Shown here: in pieces, positions 20,249 through 29,376 of the stretch
How positions within the stretch are numbered: the stretch's first letter is position 1
How the letters are laid out: each line of letters opens with the position of its first letter
Virus record (IMG/VR): IMGVR_UViG_3300001592_001590
DNA: 64,000 nt
Direction: 5' to 3' (one strand)
DNA from: an uncultured virus (IMG/VR IMGVR_UViG_3300001592_001590)
Lineage: Duplodnaviria; Heunggongvirae; Uroviricota; Caudoviricetes
The notes under the pieces: generated by a model
The model's input: the letters and a program-made list of their open reading frames with translations, nothing else
Told to the model about the DNA's origin: nothing
The model's database searches: none
Made by a program: the position numbers and the translations under genes

Positions 20249-21106
20249 TCAGCTGTCTTTGCGTGCCGCGGCCCAGCCCAGCTTCTCGCGCAAACTGTCA
20301 AAGACGCTGTAGTCCTGCAGGTGAAGCATCTTGACGGGTGTCTGCGCTTGCGAGACCGTGAGGGTGTCGCCCGAGCTGAGCAAGGGACCGAAGGCTTGGC
20401 CGTCGCAGTGCACGCGGCCGGTGACAGGGCCTTGCACCACGATATCGACCTTGCTGCGGCTGGGCAGCGTGATGGGGCGTGCCGTCAGAGAGTGAGGGCA
20501 CAGGGGCACCAGCGCCATGGCGCTGAGCGCGGGGTGCAGGATGGGTCCGTTGGCGGACAGGGAGTAGGCGGTGGAGCCGGTGGGCGTGGCCAGAATCAAG
20601 CCGTCCGCGCGCAGCCGGTACACCGGCGCATCGTCCACGAACACGTCAAAGGTCATCAGCTGGCCATGGTCGCCTTTGCTCAACACGACGTCGTTGAAGG
20701 CCAGCGCACTACCAGCGCCCAACCGGGCTTCGAGCAGGATGCGCTCTTCCACCAGGCTTTTGCCCGCCAGCAAAGCGTTCAAGGCGGGCTCAATGGCGTG
20801 AGCCGCCACATCGGTCAGGAACCCCAGTGTGCCCAGGTTGACACCCAGCAAAGGCTTGTCCCATCCGAACAAGGACCGAGCCACCCCCAGAAGGGTCCCG
20901 TCCCCGCCAATGGCAACAGCGACATCGGCTTGGGTGCGCACCTTTTCGCAAAACGAAAGCGCCCACCCTTGCCCATCCCACGCCTGCTCGTCGAAAAGCA
21001 CCTGAACCTCGTGCCGACGCGCCCAGAAAACGATTTCTTGTAGCGCGCCCCAAGCTTGGGCACTGTTGGGCTTGCTAAAAAGGGCGAGGGTTCGGGGCGT
21101 ATTCAT
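20249..21106 (-). CDS. nadK: NAD kinase
   Basis: GGDGTLL, GVNLGTLGFL, AFND, ADGLILATPTGSTAYSLSANGP, CPHSL..RP. Confidence 0.95.
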   Translation of the reverse strand: MNTPRTLALFSKPNSAQAWGALQEIVFWARRHEVQVLFDEQAWDGQGWALSFCEKVRTQADVAVAIGGDGTLLGVARSLFGWDKPLLGVNLGTLGFLTDVAAHAIEPALNALLAGKSLVEERILLEARLGAGSALAFNDVVLSKGDHGQLMTFDVFVDDAPVYRLRADGLILATPTGSTAYSLSANGPILHPALSAMALVPLCPHSLTARPITLPSRSKVDIVVQGPVTGRVHCDGQAFGPLLSSGDTLTVSQAQTPVKMLHLQDYSVFDSLREKLGWAAARKDS

Positions 21107-21198
21107 GATGGCGCGTATGCTTGCTTTGTTGTTTAGATTTTAACACAACTAGTCGTTTTTAGCTAAAAAATCCGCCTCTGTTTAGAGGCGGATTGCAA

Positions 21199-21610
21199 TC
21201 AATTGGCGGTGTCTTGGAGGCGGCGCAGTTTTTCCTGGCACTCCTGCACGCTGGCGCAGCGCAGCTTCACGTCCAGCTCCACTCCGCCTGTTTCGGCAGG
21301 GGGCGTTTGGAGCTTGGTACTGATGGCGCTGTTGCGGGTGGATTTGCCAGAGCGGTAGAGCTGGTTGGACTCGGTTCCGGCCAGAACCTGGCCGCTTTCG
21401 TCTTCCAGGATGTAGACGAAGTGGTCCGGGTGGGCGCCATTGTCCAAGCGGTATCCGTGCAGTTTGTGCGGGCTGTTGGGCAAGGCCATGCGGCCCATGT
21501 CCACCACTTGCTGGGTGCGCTGGTCCAGGGGGCTGCCGCACGCTGTCGCAACCTGCAAGCAGGGGCAGGGTGGCCAGGGCCAGCAGGGTGCATCGAGTCA
21601 TGACTTTCAT
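21199..21610 (-). CDS. putative lipoprotein (frameshift after lipobox)
   Basis: MKVMTRCTLLALATLPLLAGC, continuing in the frame of 21199-21558. Confidence 0.6.
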
Positions 21611-21698
21611 GGGGGTTCCGTTTGTGAGTGTTGAGTCCTACGGCGTGTAGCCAAAGACCATTGGCTACACCAGGCAGGACCATCTGAAAGGAAACAAC

Positions 21699-21971
21699 AT
21701 GAGATTTGAGCACGCCACTTTTGCCCTGACGGGGCGCAGCGTTCGCATCGCGGACCCGAGCTGTCCCTTTGAAGTCACGCTGGCCTGGGTGTTTTGTGCC
21801 ATGCACCAGGCCTACGTGGACCACTGGAACCAAACCAACGGGAATCAACGCCACAGCGTCAGCCAGTTCGAGGCGTTCAACCGCTACATGCTGTGCGCCG
21901 TACTGGGGAACTCTCCCACCAACGTTTCCACGGCCCTCAGCCGCATTGGACAGGGCGATGTCGCTGCTTGA
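21699..21971 (+). CDS. hypothetical protein (3' end uncertain, N-rich region)
   Basis: AAGGA RBS and GCTACAC motif upstream. Confidence 0.5.
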   Translation: MRFEHATFALTGRSVRIADPSCPFEVTLAWVFCAMHQAYVDHWNQTNGNQRHSVSQFEAFNRYMLCAVLGNSPTNVSTALSRIGQGDVAA

Positions 21972-22327
21972 GTCNGNCCCGGGACGANTGTAAGCGGGTA
22001 CGGTTGCCCGATTCCACCCNTNGCTCGCACCGGCGAACCACGAGACGTATGTCTGGTTTTCGTCGGCGCAGCGCCTGCGACGTATCTACGCGGTGCCGGG
22101 GGTACCACCGAGCCATGTCGGTTCTGGAAGACATCTACCCTGATGATGAGCCGTCAGGCCACCAGCATGTTTCGCACGGAAGAGATGGTTTCGTTTCTCA
22201 AACGGGTGGAACCCATGCTGCCGCAGCTGACGAGTTTTGGCACCCCAGGGTCGCTTTATGCGAGAACCCTGTTGGAGCATCTGGCTTCCTGGGACCGCAA
22301 CACCGACCGCTGCCTGAGCCTGGTGCC

Positions 22328-22759
22328 ATGACCAGTCTGGCCGAACGGGATGCCTTCACCTTGGTGCAAGCACAGGCGTGGCAGGCCCGGGTTGTGCCAG
22401 AGTTCGAGGCCTTGGGGTTTTCGACCCGTGTGCTCAAGACCGAGCACAGCAGGGGTTCGGGACACGTGGCGCGCTGCAGCTTGAAAATGGCTGACCGCTC
22501 CACCCGGGTGCATGTCGAGTTCACGGTCTACGTCAACGTCATGACCAGGCCTGGCAACAAGTTGGGGCATAAGGTGTATTTGCAGGCGTTGATGCGCACC
22601 TCCACGACGCATTTGAGCAGCGTGAGCGCGTCGGTATTGCTTTCGGGGGACACCCCCCAGGAGTGGGAAGCTCAGCTGTCCCGGGCTTTTTTTGAGCCCG
22701 ACCAAGTGATGACTCCAGCGAGCCTTGCCGACCTTCTGGACCGGTACCTGACCTTGTGA
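22328..22759 (+). CDS. hypothetical protein
   Basis: MTSLAERDAF.., ATGA overlap with upstream ORF. Confidence 0.5.
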   Translation: MTSLAERDAFTLVQAQAWQARVVPEFEALGFSTRVLKTEHSRGSGHVARCSLKMADRSTRVHVEFTVYVNVMTRPGNKLGHKVYLQALMRTSTTHLSSVSASVLLSGDTPQEWEAQLSRAFFEPDQVMTPASLADLLDRYLTL

Positions 22760-22819
22760 CTGCCCCTGAGACCAACCTTTTGATTGACGAGCCCCCGCTA
22801 CTGCGGGGGCTTTGTTCGT

Positions 22820-23299
22820 TCAGTGGGCGGATTTTCCCAAGGCACGGCGCAAGGTGGTCATCACCGAGCCCCAGTCTTCATGGGGCGATGTTCCGAAGTG
22901 CACGAAAGTGCCGGGAAAGAACTTCGCGTCCGCTTTGTGGGCGCGGTCGTCGACCAAAAAGTCGCGTGCAGTGCCGATACAGGCCTTGTTGGGCGTGACG
23001 ATGATGCGCTCTTCCAGCTCCGGGAAGTGCTCGTGCAGCCACTGGATTTTCTCGGTCGCAGCCAAGGGGTTGTGGTCCGGAATCTTGGTGGCCACAAACA
23101 CGTGCACGTCGTGCCACGCGTGCATCTCCCGCACCGCCTCGCGTGCGCCAGGGGTCAAAGGCAGGGAGCGGTAAAAGCCTGGCAACATCTTGGCTTGCAG
23201 CGGGTCCAGCCCCTGGGAGTGCGCCGCCAGCGCGAAGTCGGCCAGCGGACCGTCCTGGTCCAGAAAGATGAAGCGGGGGCGATGGTATTTTTTGGTCAT
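22820..23299 (-). CDS. HAD-family 5'(3')-deoxyribonucleotidase-like protein
   Basis: FLDQDGPLADF, GFY.SL...PGA, EKIQWL.EHF, K....DFLVDDR. Confidence 0.85.
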   Translation of the reverse strand: MTKKYHRPRFIFLDQDGPLADFALAAHSQGLDPLQAKMLPGFYRSLPLTPGAREAVREMHAWHDVHVFVATKIPDHNPLAATEKIQWLHEHFPELEERIIVTPNKACIGTARDFLVDDRAHKADAKFFPGTFVHFGTSPHEDWGSVMTTLRRALGKSAH

Positions 23300-23367
23300 A
23301 TCGGGGTCCTAGAAAAAGCCGCGCTCACCAGAGCACGGCTTTTCAATCAACAGTTGGGCCTCACGGT

Positions 23368-25231
23368 TCAGGCCAGCTGAGCGTGCAGCTCGGTTTTGGC
23401 CCGGTCTTCTTCCATGCGGGCAAGACGAACTTGCAGCAGGGAGCCCGATTCCAAGACCGAGCCGTCCAGCTTCCAGCATTCCTTGTCATCGTCGTAGCGA
23501 TACCCCGCGTCCATCAGCTCTTCANNCGACAGCAGCAGCGAGCACTGCCAGGCAGCGACCACCGCACGAAGTCCGCGACGGGACTGCGACACCACGTGGG
23601 CACACAGCACCGTTCTCGGGAGAAACTTCGCGGGCCATCACGCGCTTCTTGAGCTTGTCCCACACCCAGCGCTCGGACATGCGCGCATCGCGCGAGCGCT
23701 GCGAGCAGTGTTCGCTCAGAGCGGCCAACGCCGTTTCAGGTTGGGTGTTTTCACCCAGCAACAGGCGGTGTGCCAGCAAATCAGGGTAACGCCGGATGGG
23801 GCTGGTGAAGTGCGTGTAGGACTCATAGCCCAGGGAGAAGTGCGAGGTCAGACTTTCGTCGTAAATCGCGGGCTGCATCCCGTTGCGCACCTGCAGTTCG
23901 GCCTTGAGCACGTCGTCGCCCTGAGTGGACTCAATGAGCTGCGACAGCGCCTTCATGGAGGGTTGTTCGGGCAGGGTGATACCCCGTCCTTGCGCCCACA
24001 CCTGCAGGCGGCTCCAGTCTTCGACGTCCGGTGCGGGTTGGTGGCGGAAAAATGCCGAGCCAGCCACCGAGCGCAGGCGTTGGGCCGCGCACTGGTTGGC
24101 CAGCAGCATCATCTCCTCCACCAGCTTGTGCGCATCGTTGCGTTGGCTCCAGCCCAGCTTGAACGTGCCGTCCGCGTTGAGGTCCAGCTTGGGCTCGCGG
24201 TCGTCAAATTCCAGCTGGCCACGTTCGCGACGCAGCCGGGCCATCACCTCGTAGACCTGCCACAGCGCTTGCAACGATTGCTCGATGCGGGGCGCGACCT
24301 CGAACTGCCCGTGTTTCCAGGCAAAGGTCTCCGTGTAGGTCATGCGCTGGGCCGAGCGGATGACCGCGCGGCGGAAGTGGGTCTTGCGGACTTTTCCGTC
24401 CACGTCCAGTTCAATGTCCAGCACCACGGCCAAGCGGTTTTCCCCCGGCACGAGCGAGCACACGCCGTTGGACAGCGCCTCGGGAAGCATAGGCACCGTT
24501 TTGCCGGGCAGGTAGACGGACGTGGAGCGGCGAGCCGCCACCTTGTCCAGCACCGAGCCTTCACGGACGTAGTGAGAAACGTCCGCGATAGCGACACTGA
24601 CCAGCCAGCCGTCGGCCAGGTTCTTGGCCCACAGCGCGTCATCGAAGTCCCGCGTCATCTCGCCGTCAATGGTGACGTACGGGACAGCGGTGAGGTCTTC
24701 GCGGCCCTGCATCGGGACCGTGAGGTCCTTGCACTGCGCCAGCGCACTGGCGTGGAAGTAGGGCTCAAAGTCGTAACGAGCCAGAGCGTAGTCCCCGTCA
24801 AAGCCGCTGCGACCGCGTTCGCCGAGCACACGCTCCAGCGTTGCTTGCACCTTACCACCTCGTGTACCGGCGGAGGTAAACCCCCGCACGCGCACCGAAA
24901 CCACCGTGCCTTCGGCCGCGAACTGCAGGTCACGCACTTCGATGCGCACAAAGCACGCCTCGTCGTTGTCCAGCACCCAGGTGCCTTGGTCTTGGCGCAG
25001 CACGCCCTGCCACACGCTGTCTTTGCGGCGGACAACCAAGGGACCTGCGACTTGCAGGGCCCCGGGCTTCTTGCCTTCTTCCAGGGTGAAGCTGATGCGG
25101 TCACCTGGCAGCAACTCACGCATCAGAGGCGGAGAAATGAAATGTTCGGAGGCGTCGTCACAGGTGACAAAGCCAAAGCCTTTAGGATGAGCGCTGACCA
25201 CGCCCTCGAGTTTTGTTGAAGTGTCCTTCAT
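23368..25231 (-). CDS. RNase R/RNase II family exoribonuclease (frameshift near 23610)
   Basis: N-terminal cold-shock domain HPKGFGFV; RNB motifs TIDG..TRDFDDA, IADVSHYV, VEEMMLLAN, HFSLG..YTHFTSPIRRYPDL. Confidence 0.93.
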
Positions 25232-25422
25232 GTATTTTTCTTTCTGTGTTTTTGGATTCTGCTCTAGGTATATAACCTGACAGTTCATTTTAGCTTGCTT
25301 TGGCCAAAACCTTAATATTATTTAGAGCCTTTAGATGCAAAAGCGGCCCGCTGGGGCCGCTGCAGGGGGTCGTGGGCTTGCCGCTCAGCAGGGCGTTCCG
25401 CGAAACAAGGCACGGATGTGGC

Positions 25423-25600
25423 GGGAGCCCGCTTCGAATTGACATCCTCCCCTCCCTAAAGGAAGGGGATTCCAGTCCTCACAGACTGGCCTTCCTGCTT
25501 CACCGAGGACCGCCGCCGAAGGCCTCAAGGCCCTCTTTGGTCTTACGCCCTCTCCACAGGCTTAACGTCCCGCGAGTCCCGCGGTACCGAATTGTGTCGC
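25423..25600 (-). ncRNA. putative TnpB omega/reRNA scaffold plus flank-derived guide
   Basis: Hairpin-rich sequence spanning the tnpB 3' end to the TCAA right end. The guide would be the adjacent flank TTCGAAGCGGGCTCCC. Boundaries inferred. Confidence 0.6.
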
Positions 25601-26775
25601 CGCCAGGCCTGCCAGAAGCAGGTTGCGCGCGGCGTTCGTGTCTCTGTCGTGCTCCACGCCACACACGCAGCGCCAGCGGCGCTGCGAGAGCGTGAGCTCG
25701 GCGTTCTTTGCCCCACACGCGTGGCACAGCTTGCTCGAAGCGAAGTTCTTCGGTGCCTGCCAGAAGGTGCGCCCGTACCAGCTCGCTTTGTAGGCGAGCT
25801 GGCGCAGCAGCTCACCCCAGGCCGCGTCCGAGATGGACCGCGCCAGCCGGGTGCGGATGAGTCCCTTGATGTTCAGCTGCTCCGCAAACACGGCTTGGTT
25901 TTCGCGAATGAGGCTCGCGGAGAGCTGATGGGTGAAGTTCTGGCGGGCGTCGCCGACCCGGGCGTGCAAGCGTGCCAGGCGCCGGCGCGCCTTGGCTCGG
26001 TTCTTCGAGCCCTTGACCTTGCGGCTGAGCGCCTGAGCCGCTCGTTTGACGCGGTCCAGGAGCTTGACCAAGAACTTAGGCGGCGAGAGCTTCTCGCCGT
26101 GCTGGTCGACGATGTAGCTCTGCAGCCCCAGGTCGATGGCTTTGACCGCCTCGACCTGCGGCAAGGGCGCCACGGCCTCCTCGCACAGAAAGCTCACGAA
26201 GTAGCGGCCGGCGCTGTCGCGGCTGACCACGGCCTGGCTCGGGGCACTGGGCAGAGCGCGCGACCAGCGCACCTGCACGGGCCCGTCGAAGCGTGCGAGA
26301 AAGAGCTGACCGTCCTTCACGCGAAAGCCGTGTCGCATGAGCGTCACAGCCTGGCGCTCGTGCTTGGACTTGAAAGAGGGGTAGCGCCCCCGCCCCGAAA
26401 AGAAGTTCTGGAACGCCTGGCTCAGGTGCTTGAGCGATTGCTGCAGCACGATGTTGGAGACGTCGCCGAGCCAGGTCTTGTCGGGCTCTTGCTTCAAAGC
26501 GGTGAGGGCCTTGCAGTCTTTGGCGTAGGTGGAGCCTTGCTGGTGCTCCTTCCACGCCGCGCTGCGCGCGGCCAGGAAGTGGTTATAGACAAAGCGCGCA
26601 CAGCCGAAGGCCTGCCCAGGGAAAGCTTTTGGGCTTCGCTGGGGTAAAAGCGGAACTTGTACGCGCGATGAATCATGAGAGGGCTTTAAGTATAGACCTT
26701 AAAGCGCTTTAAAGGCAAGGCCTTGCGCCGCTGACCCCGCCCTGAAGAGACGGGGCTTGCGCGGCGCGGCAGGGC
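25439..26775 (-). mobile_element. IS200/IS605-family (IS1341-like, tnpB-only) insertion sequence
   Basis: Right end ...CCCTTCCTTTAGGGAGGGGAGGATGTCAA ending at 25439. Left-end hairpin AAGCCCCGTCTCTTCAGGGCGGGG at 26735-26758. No tnpA. Left boundary approximate. Confidence 0.85.
25562..26676 (-). CDS. tnpB: TnpB RNA-guided endonuclease (frameshift near 26625)
   Basis: RAYKFRFYP, FGCARFVYN, RuvC-I AIDLG, RuvC-II AEQLNIKG, CHACG/CVCG zinc ribbon, RuvC-III HDRDTNAARN. Confidence 0.93.
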
Positions 26776-26907
26776 CAATCCGTGCAGGCGAAAGCGCCCC
26801 GCCTCGGCGACGCCTTTGAGCACTTCTTCGTAGCCTTGCAGGAACACGGGCATGTTCACAGGCAAGTGGGTGACGCGAGCAAGATGTTCGGCGAATTCGT
26901 TTTTCAT
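26776..26907 (-). pseudogene. 5' part of a possible HU/IHF-like protein interrupted by the IS
   Basis: ATGA-coupled to the GT2 stop. MKNEFAEHLARVTHLP...GRFRLHGL resembles the HU N-terminal half. Confidence 0.35.
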
Positions 26908-27980
26908 GGCGTGGGGACTTTTTCTGTGGAACACGGGGAGGGCGCGGAGGATTGCGCGACTTCGGCGTCGGCCAGCTCGAGCAGCTGTGTCAAGAAGGCG
27001 GCCAGCTTTTGTGGGGAATAGGCGGGAATGCGGGAGTTGCTCTCGATGAGCTTGTCAAAGAGCGCTCGAAGCTCCCGGCGTACGTAAGGCCAGGTCTGCA
27101 CGAGGCGCGGCTGTTGGTGCAGGTACGCGAACCAGGGCATGTGGCAGTGCAAAGCGTTCACCGGTAGGCTTGCGTTCCAGCGGGAACGAAAGCTCAGGTA
27201 GCCCACCAGGTCCAACAACTGGGTCTCACGGTCACTGGGGTGAACACCCATCTTGAGCAGGCTCAGGGCCCGCGCGGTCTTGCGCAGCCCAAATACGAGT
27301 CCATCCTCAAACGCGCGGGTGGTCAGGTTGTGCACATGCCGGCGGTAGTAAAGCGTCACCTCACGGCAATGCCGCTTACGCAGCGGGTGCGTCGCAAAGA
27401 ACAGCCAGTCCTCGGACGTGGGCGTCTCGGGGAATCGGACATCAGGCCGAGCAAACACGCGACCGCGGAACAGCGCGTTGGAGATGTAGAAGTGGCACTC
27501 GAACACGTTGGCGATGGCCTGAATTTCGGGGTCCGGACTGAAGGTGTCCACCACGTGGCGCGGGTGGTCGTTGTCATAAAACAGCTCCAACTGGCCACCC
27601 ACACACTCCAGCTCTGGCTCGGCGGCGAACAGCGCCAGCTTGGTTTTGAGGTGGTCTTTGGTGAGCAAGTCGTCGCCGTCCACGAAAGCGACAAAGCTGT
27701 CCGGGGCACCCGCCTGGCTGTTGAACCAGTCCAGTAAAAAATTGCGGTTGCGTCCGATGCCCCGGTTGGTCAGGTTCAGGTGTACCGACACGTTGGAGAA
27801 CTTGTTTTCCATTGTGCGCAGCACCTGCGCCGTGTGGTCGGTGGAGGCGTCGTCCACCACCAGAACACGGGCCTGAGACAGAAATTCTTCCAGCGTCAGG
27901 TACTGGGCGCGCAGCGAACCGAGCATGTCTTCGATGTAAGCCGCGTGGTTGAAAGTGGTGACAAGGTAACAGTGGCGCAT
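26904..27980 (-). CDS. glycosyltransferase family 2
   Basis: TTFNHAAYI, VLVVDDASTD.T, NRGIGRNRN, FVDGDD, SEDW motifs. Confidence 0.9.
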   Translation of the reverse strand: MRHCYLVTTFNHAAYIEDMLGSLRAQYLTLEEFLSQARVLVVDDASTDHTAQVLRTMENKFSNVSVHLNLTNRGIGRNRNFLLDWFNSQAGAPDSFVAFVDGDDLLTKDHLKTKLALFAAEPELECVGGQLELFYDNDHPRHVVDTFSPDPEIQAIANVFECHFYISNALFRGRVFARPDVRFPETPTSEDWLFFATHPLRKRHCREVTLYYRRHVHNLTTRAFEDGLVFGLRKTARALSLLKMGVHPSDRETQLLDLVGYLSFRSRWNASLPVNALHCHMPWFAYLHQQPRLVQTWPYVRRELRALFDKLIESNSRIPAYSPQKLAAFLTQLLELADAEVAQSSAPSPCSTEKVPTP

Positions 27981-28088
27981 AGGGCAGTAGGCTAGTTTTT
28001 GGCGTATAGCGCCCCGCCCCCTCAAACCTAAACAGTGACACGATGCTTGTCTAAATTTTAGCGCACTTTTGTATTTGCTACATTGACC

Positions 28089-28117
28089 TTGACAACCAGT
28101 ATCTGTAATGCTACAGT
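28089..28117 (+). promoter_or_regulatory. near-consensus sigma70 promoter
   Basis: TTGACA-17 nt-TACAGT with TG extension. Confidence 0.75.
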
Positions 28118-28174
28118 TCTGTCATCAAACACCGTTTCGGCCTTCGGGCTTTTTCACACACTCACAGGACATCT

Positions 28175-28627
28175 ATGAAAATCAACTCTGGCTACGGCAA
28201 ACGCGTCACCCTCGTGCGCTTGGACACTGAACTGGGCAAGCAGGCGTTTGCCCGAGCTGCGCTCTCGGATGGCGCTTCGGCGAAAAACATCAGTCGCATC
28301 GAAATCGAAGAGGTCACCCCTCGCCCCATGACCCTGGCCAAGATTGCCTCCTTCGGGGGCGTCAGCCTGGAGTGGCTGGCCAAGGGCAAGATGGCGCTCA
28401 AGGCCAATGACATCGTTCGCACCGGTGGCGTCGGCGCACGCATTGCGGAAGTTCGTCGCAAGCGCGGCCTGACCCGCAACGCTCTGGCCCGCATGGCCAA
28501 CCTGGGCAACACCACGAAGAACATTTCCCGCCTGGAGACCCGCGAACACCAACCGCGCGCTCGCACGCTGGCCAAGATTGCCTCCGTGCTCAAGGTCACC
28601 CCCGAGTACCTGGCTTACGGTCGCTGA
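28175..28627 (+). CDS. tandem XRE-family helix-turn-helix regulator
   Basis: Two homologous halves: KNISRIE...PR..TLAKIAS..GVS.EWLA.G and KNISRLE...PR..TLAKIAS..KVT.EYLA.G. Confidence 0.85.
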   Translation: MKINSGYGKRVTLVRLDTELGKQAFARAALSDGASAKNISRIEIEEVTPRPMTLAKIASFGGVSLEWLAKGKMALKANDIVRTGGVGARIAEVRRKRGLTRNALARMANLGNTTKNISRLETREHQPRARTLAKIASVLKVTPEYLAYGR

Positions 28628-28664
28628 TGCGCGGCGGTTGCGCCTGCCACTATTGAATCTTCTG

Positions 28665-28695
28665 AAAGCCCCTCTTTTGCCGGAGGGGCTTTTTC
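28665..28695 (+). terminator. intrinsic terminator
   Basis: AAAGCCCCTC...GAGGGGCTTTTT. Confidence 0.7.
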
Positions 28696-28775
28696 TAATG
28701 GGAGCTCAGGGCGGGGAGCAGTTCGGGCCCGTTGGCTATACGTGGCAGGATTAACTACTACCCCGAGGAACTTCT

Positions 28776-29234
28776 ATGTCTGCAACCGCTTACTGGAACC
28801 TGAGCCACCTGGACACCCGCAGCCAATTCGCCAAGCCCGGCCTGAAAAAGCTCATCAAGAGCACTTTCTCCCGTGCTCAGCGCCGTGGCGCCAAGCGTGA
28901 CGTGGCCCGGGAGACGACGTTGGCCTTGGCCACCGACCTGTCCAGCATGACGCCCGACGAGCTGGAGCTCTACGCGGATGCACTCCTTCAGGCCTCCCAC
29001 CTGGATGACGTGCAACCCGATTGCGACAGCCAATGGCCTGAAGAGGCACAGTCGTTCATCGCTGAAGAACCGAGCATTCCTTGCAACTTGCAAGGCGCAC
29101 TGCCGGATTGGATGCTGGCGCAAATGGAAGCGGCCAAGGGCAACGCTTTCGAGCTGCTGTCCCTGTTTGAATCGAAAGGCAACCCTTCCCCCAAGGCCGC
29201 CATTTCGATGGAAGACGAGGCCCTGTACGCCTGA
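28776..29234 (+). CDS. hypothetical protein
   Basis: GAGGA RBS. Basic N-terminus, acidic C-terminus. Confidence 0.65.
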   Translation: MSATAYWNLSHLDTRSQFAKPGLKKLIKSTFSRAQRRGAKRDVARETTLALATDLSSMTPDELELYADALLQASHLDDVQPDCDSQWPEEAQSFIAEEPSIPCNLQGALPDWMLAQMEAAKGNAFELLSLFESKGNPSPKAAISMEDEALYA

Positions 29235-29376
29235 TGAGGCCGTTTGCTGTTGAGGTTCGCCCTCGCAGCTGACATCCGCTCATTCCAAACCGCATCGTCA
29301 AGATGCGGTTTTTTTTGCGGCTAAAAGCTTGCAAAGCTGTTTGCTACACAGCACAAAACCCTTACTGTGTCCTGCA

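Noticed and set aside
21970..22331. Possible ORFs in the N-rich stretch
   Set aside because: Multiple ambiguous bases prevent a reliable reading frame.
23708..25219. Long antisense ORFs (e.g. 503 aa here, 487 aa at 33823-35286, 459 aa at 53599-54978)
   Set aside because: They are shadows of real genes on the opposite strand in high-GC DNA, with no motifs or RBS.
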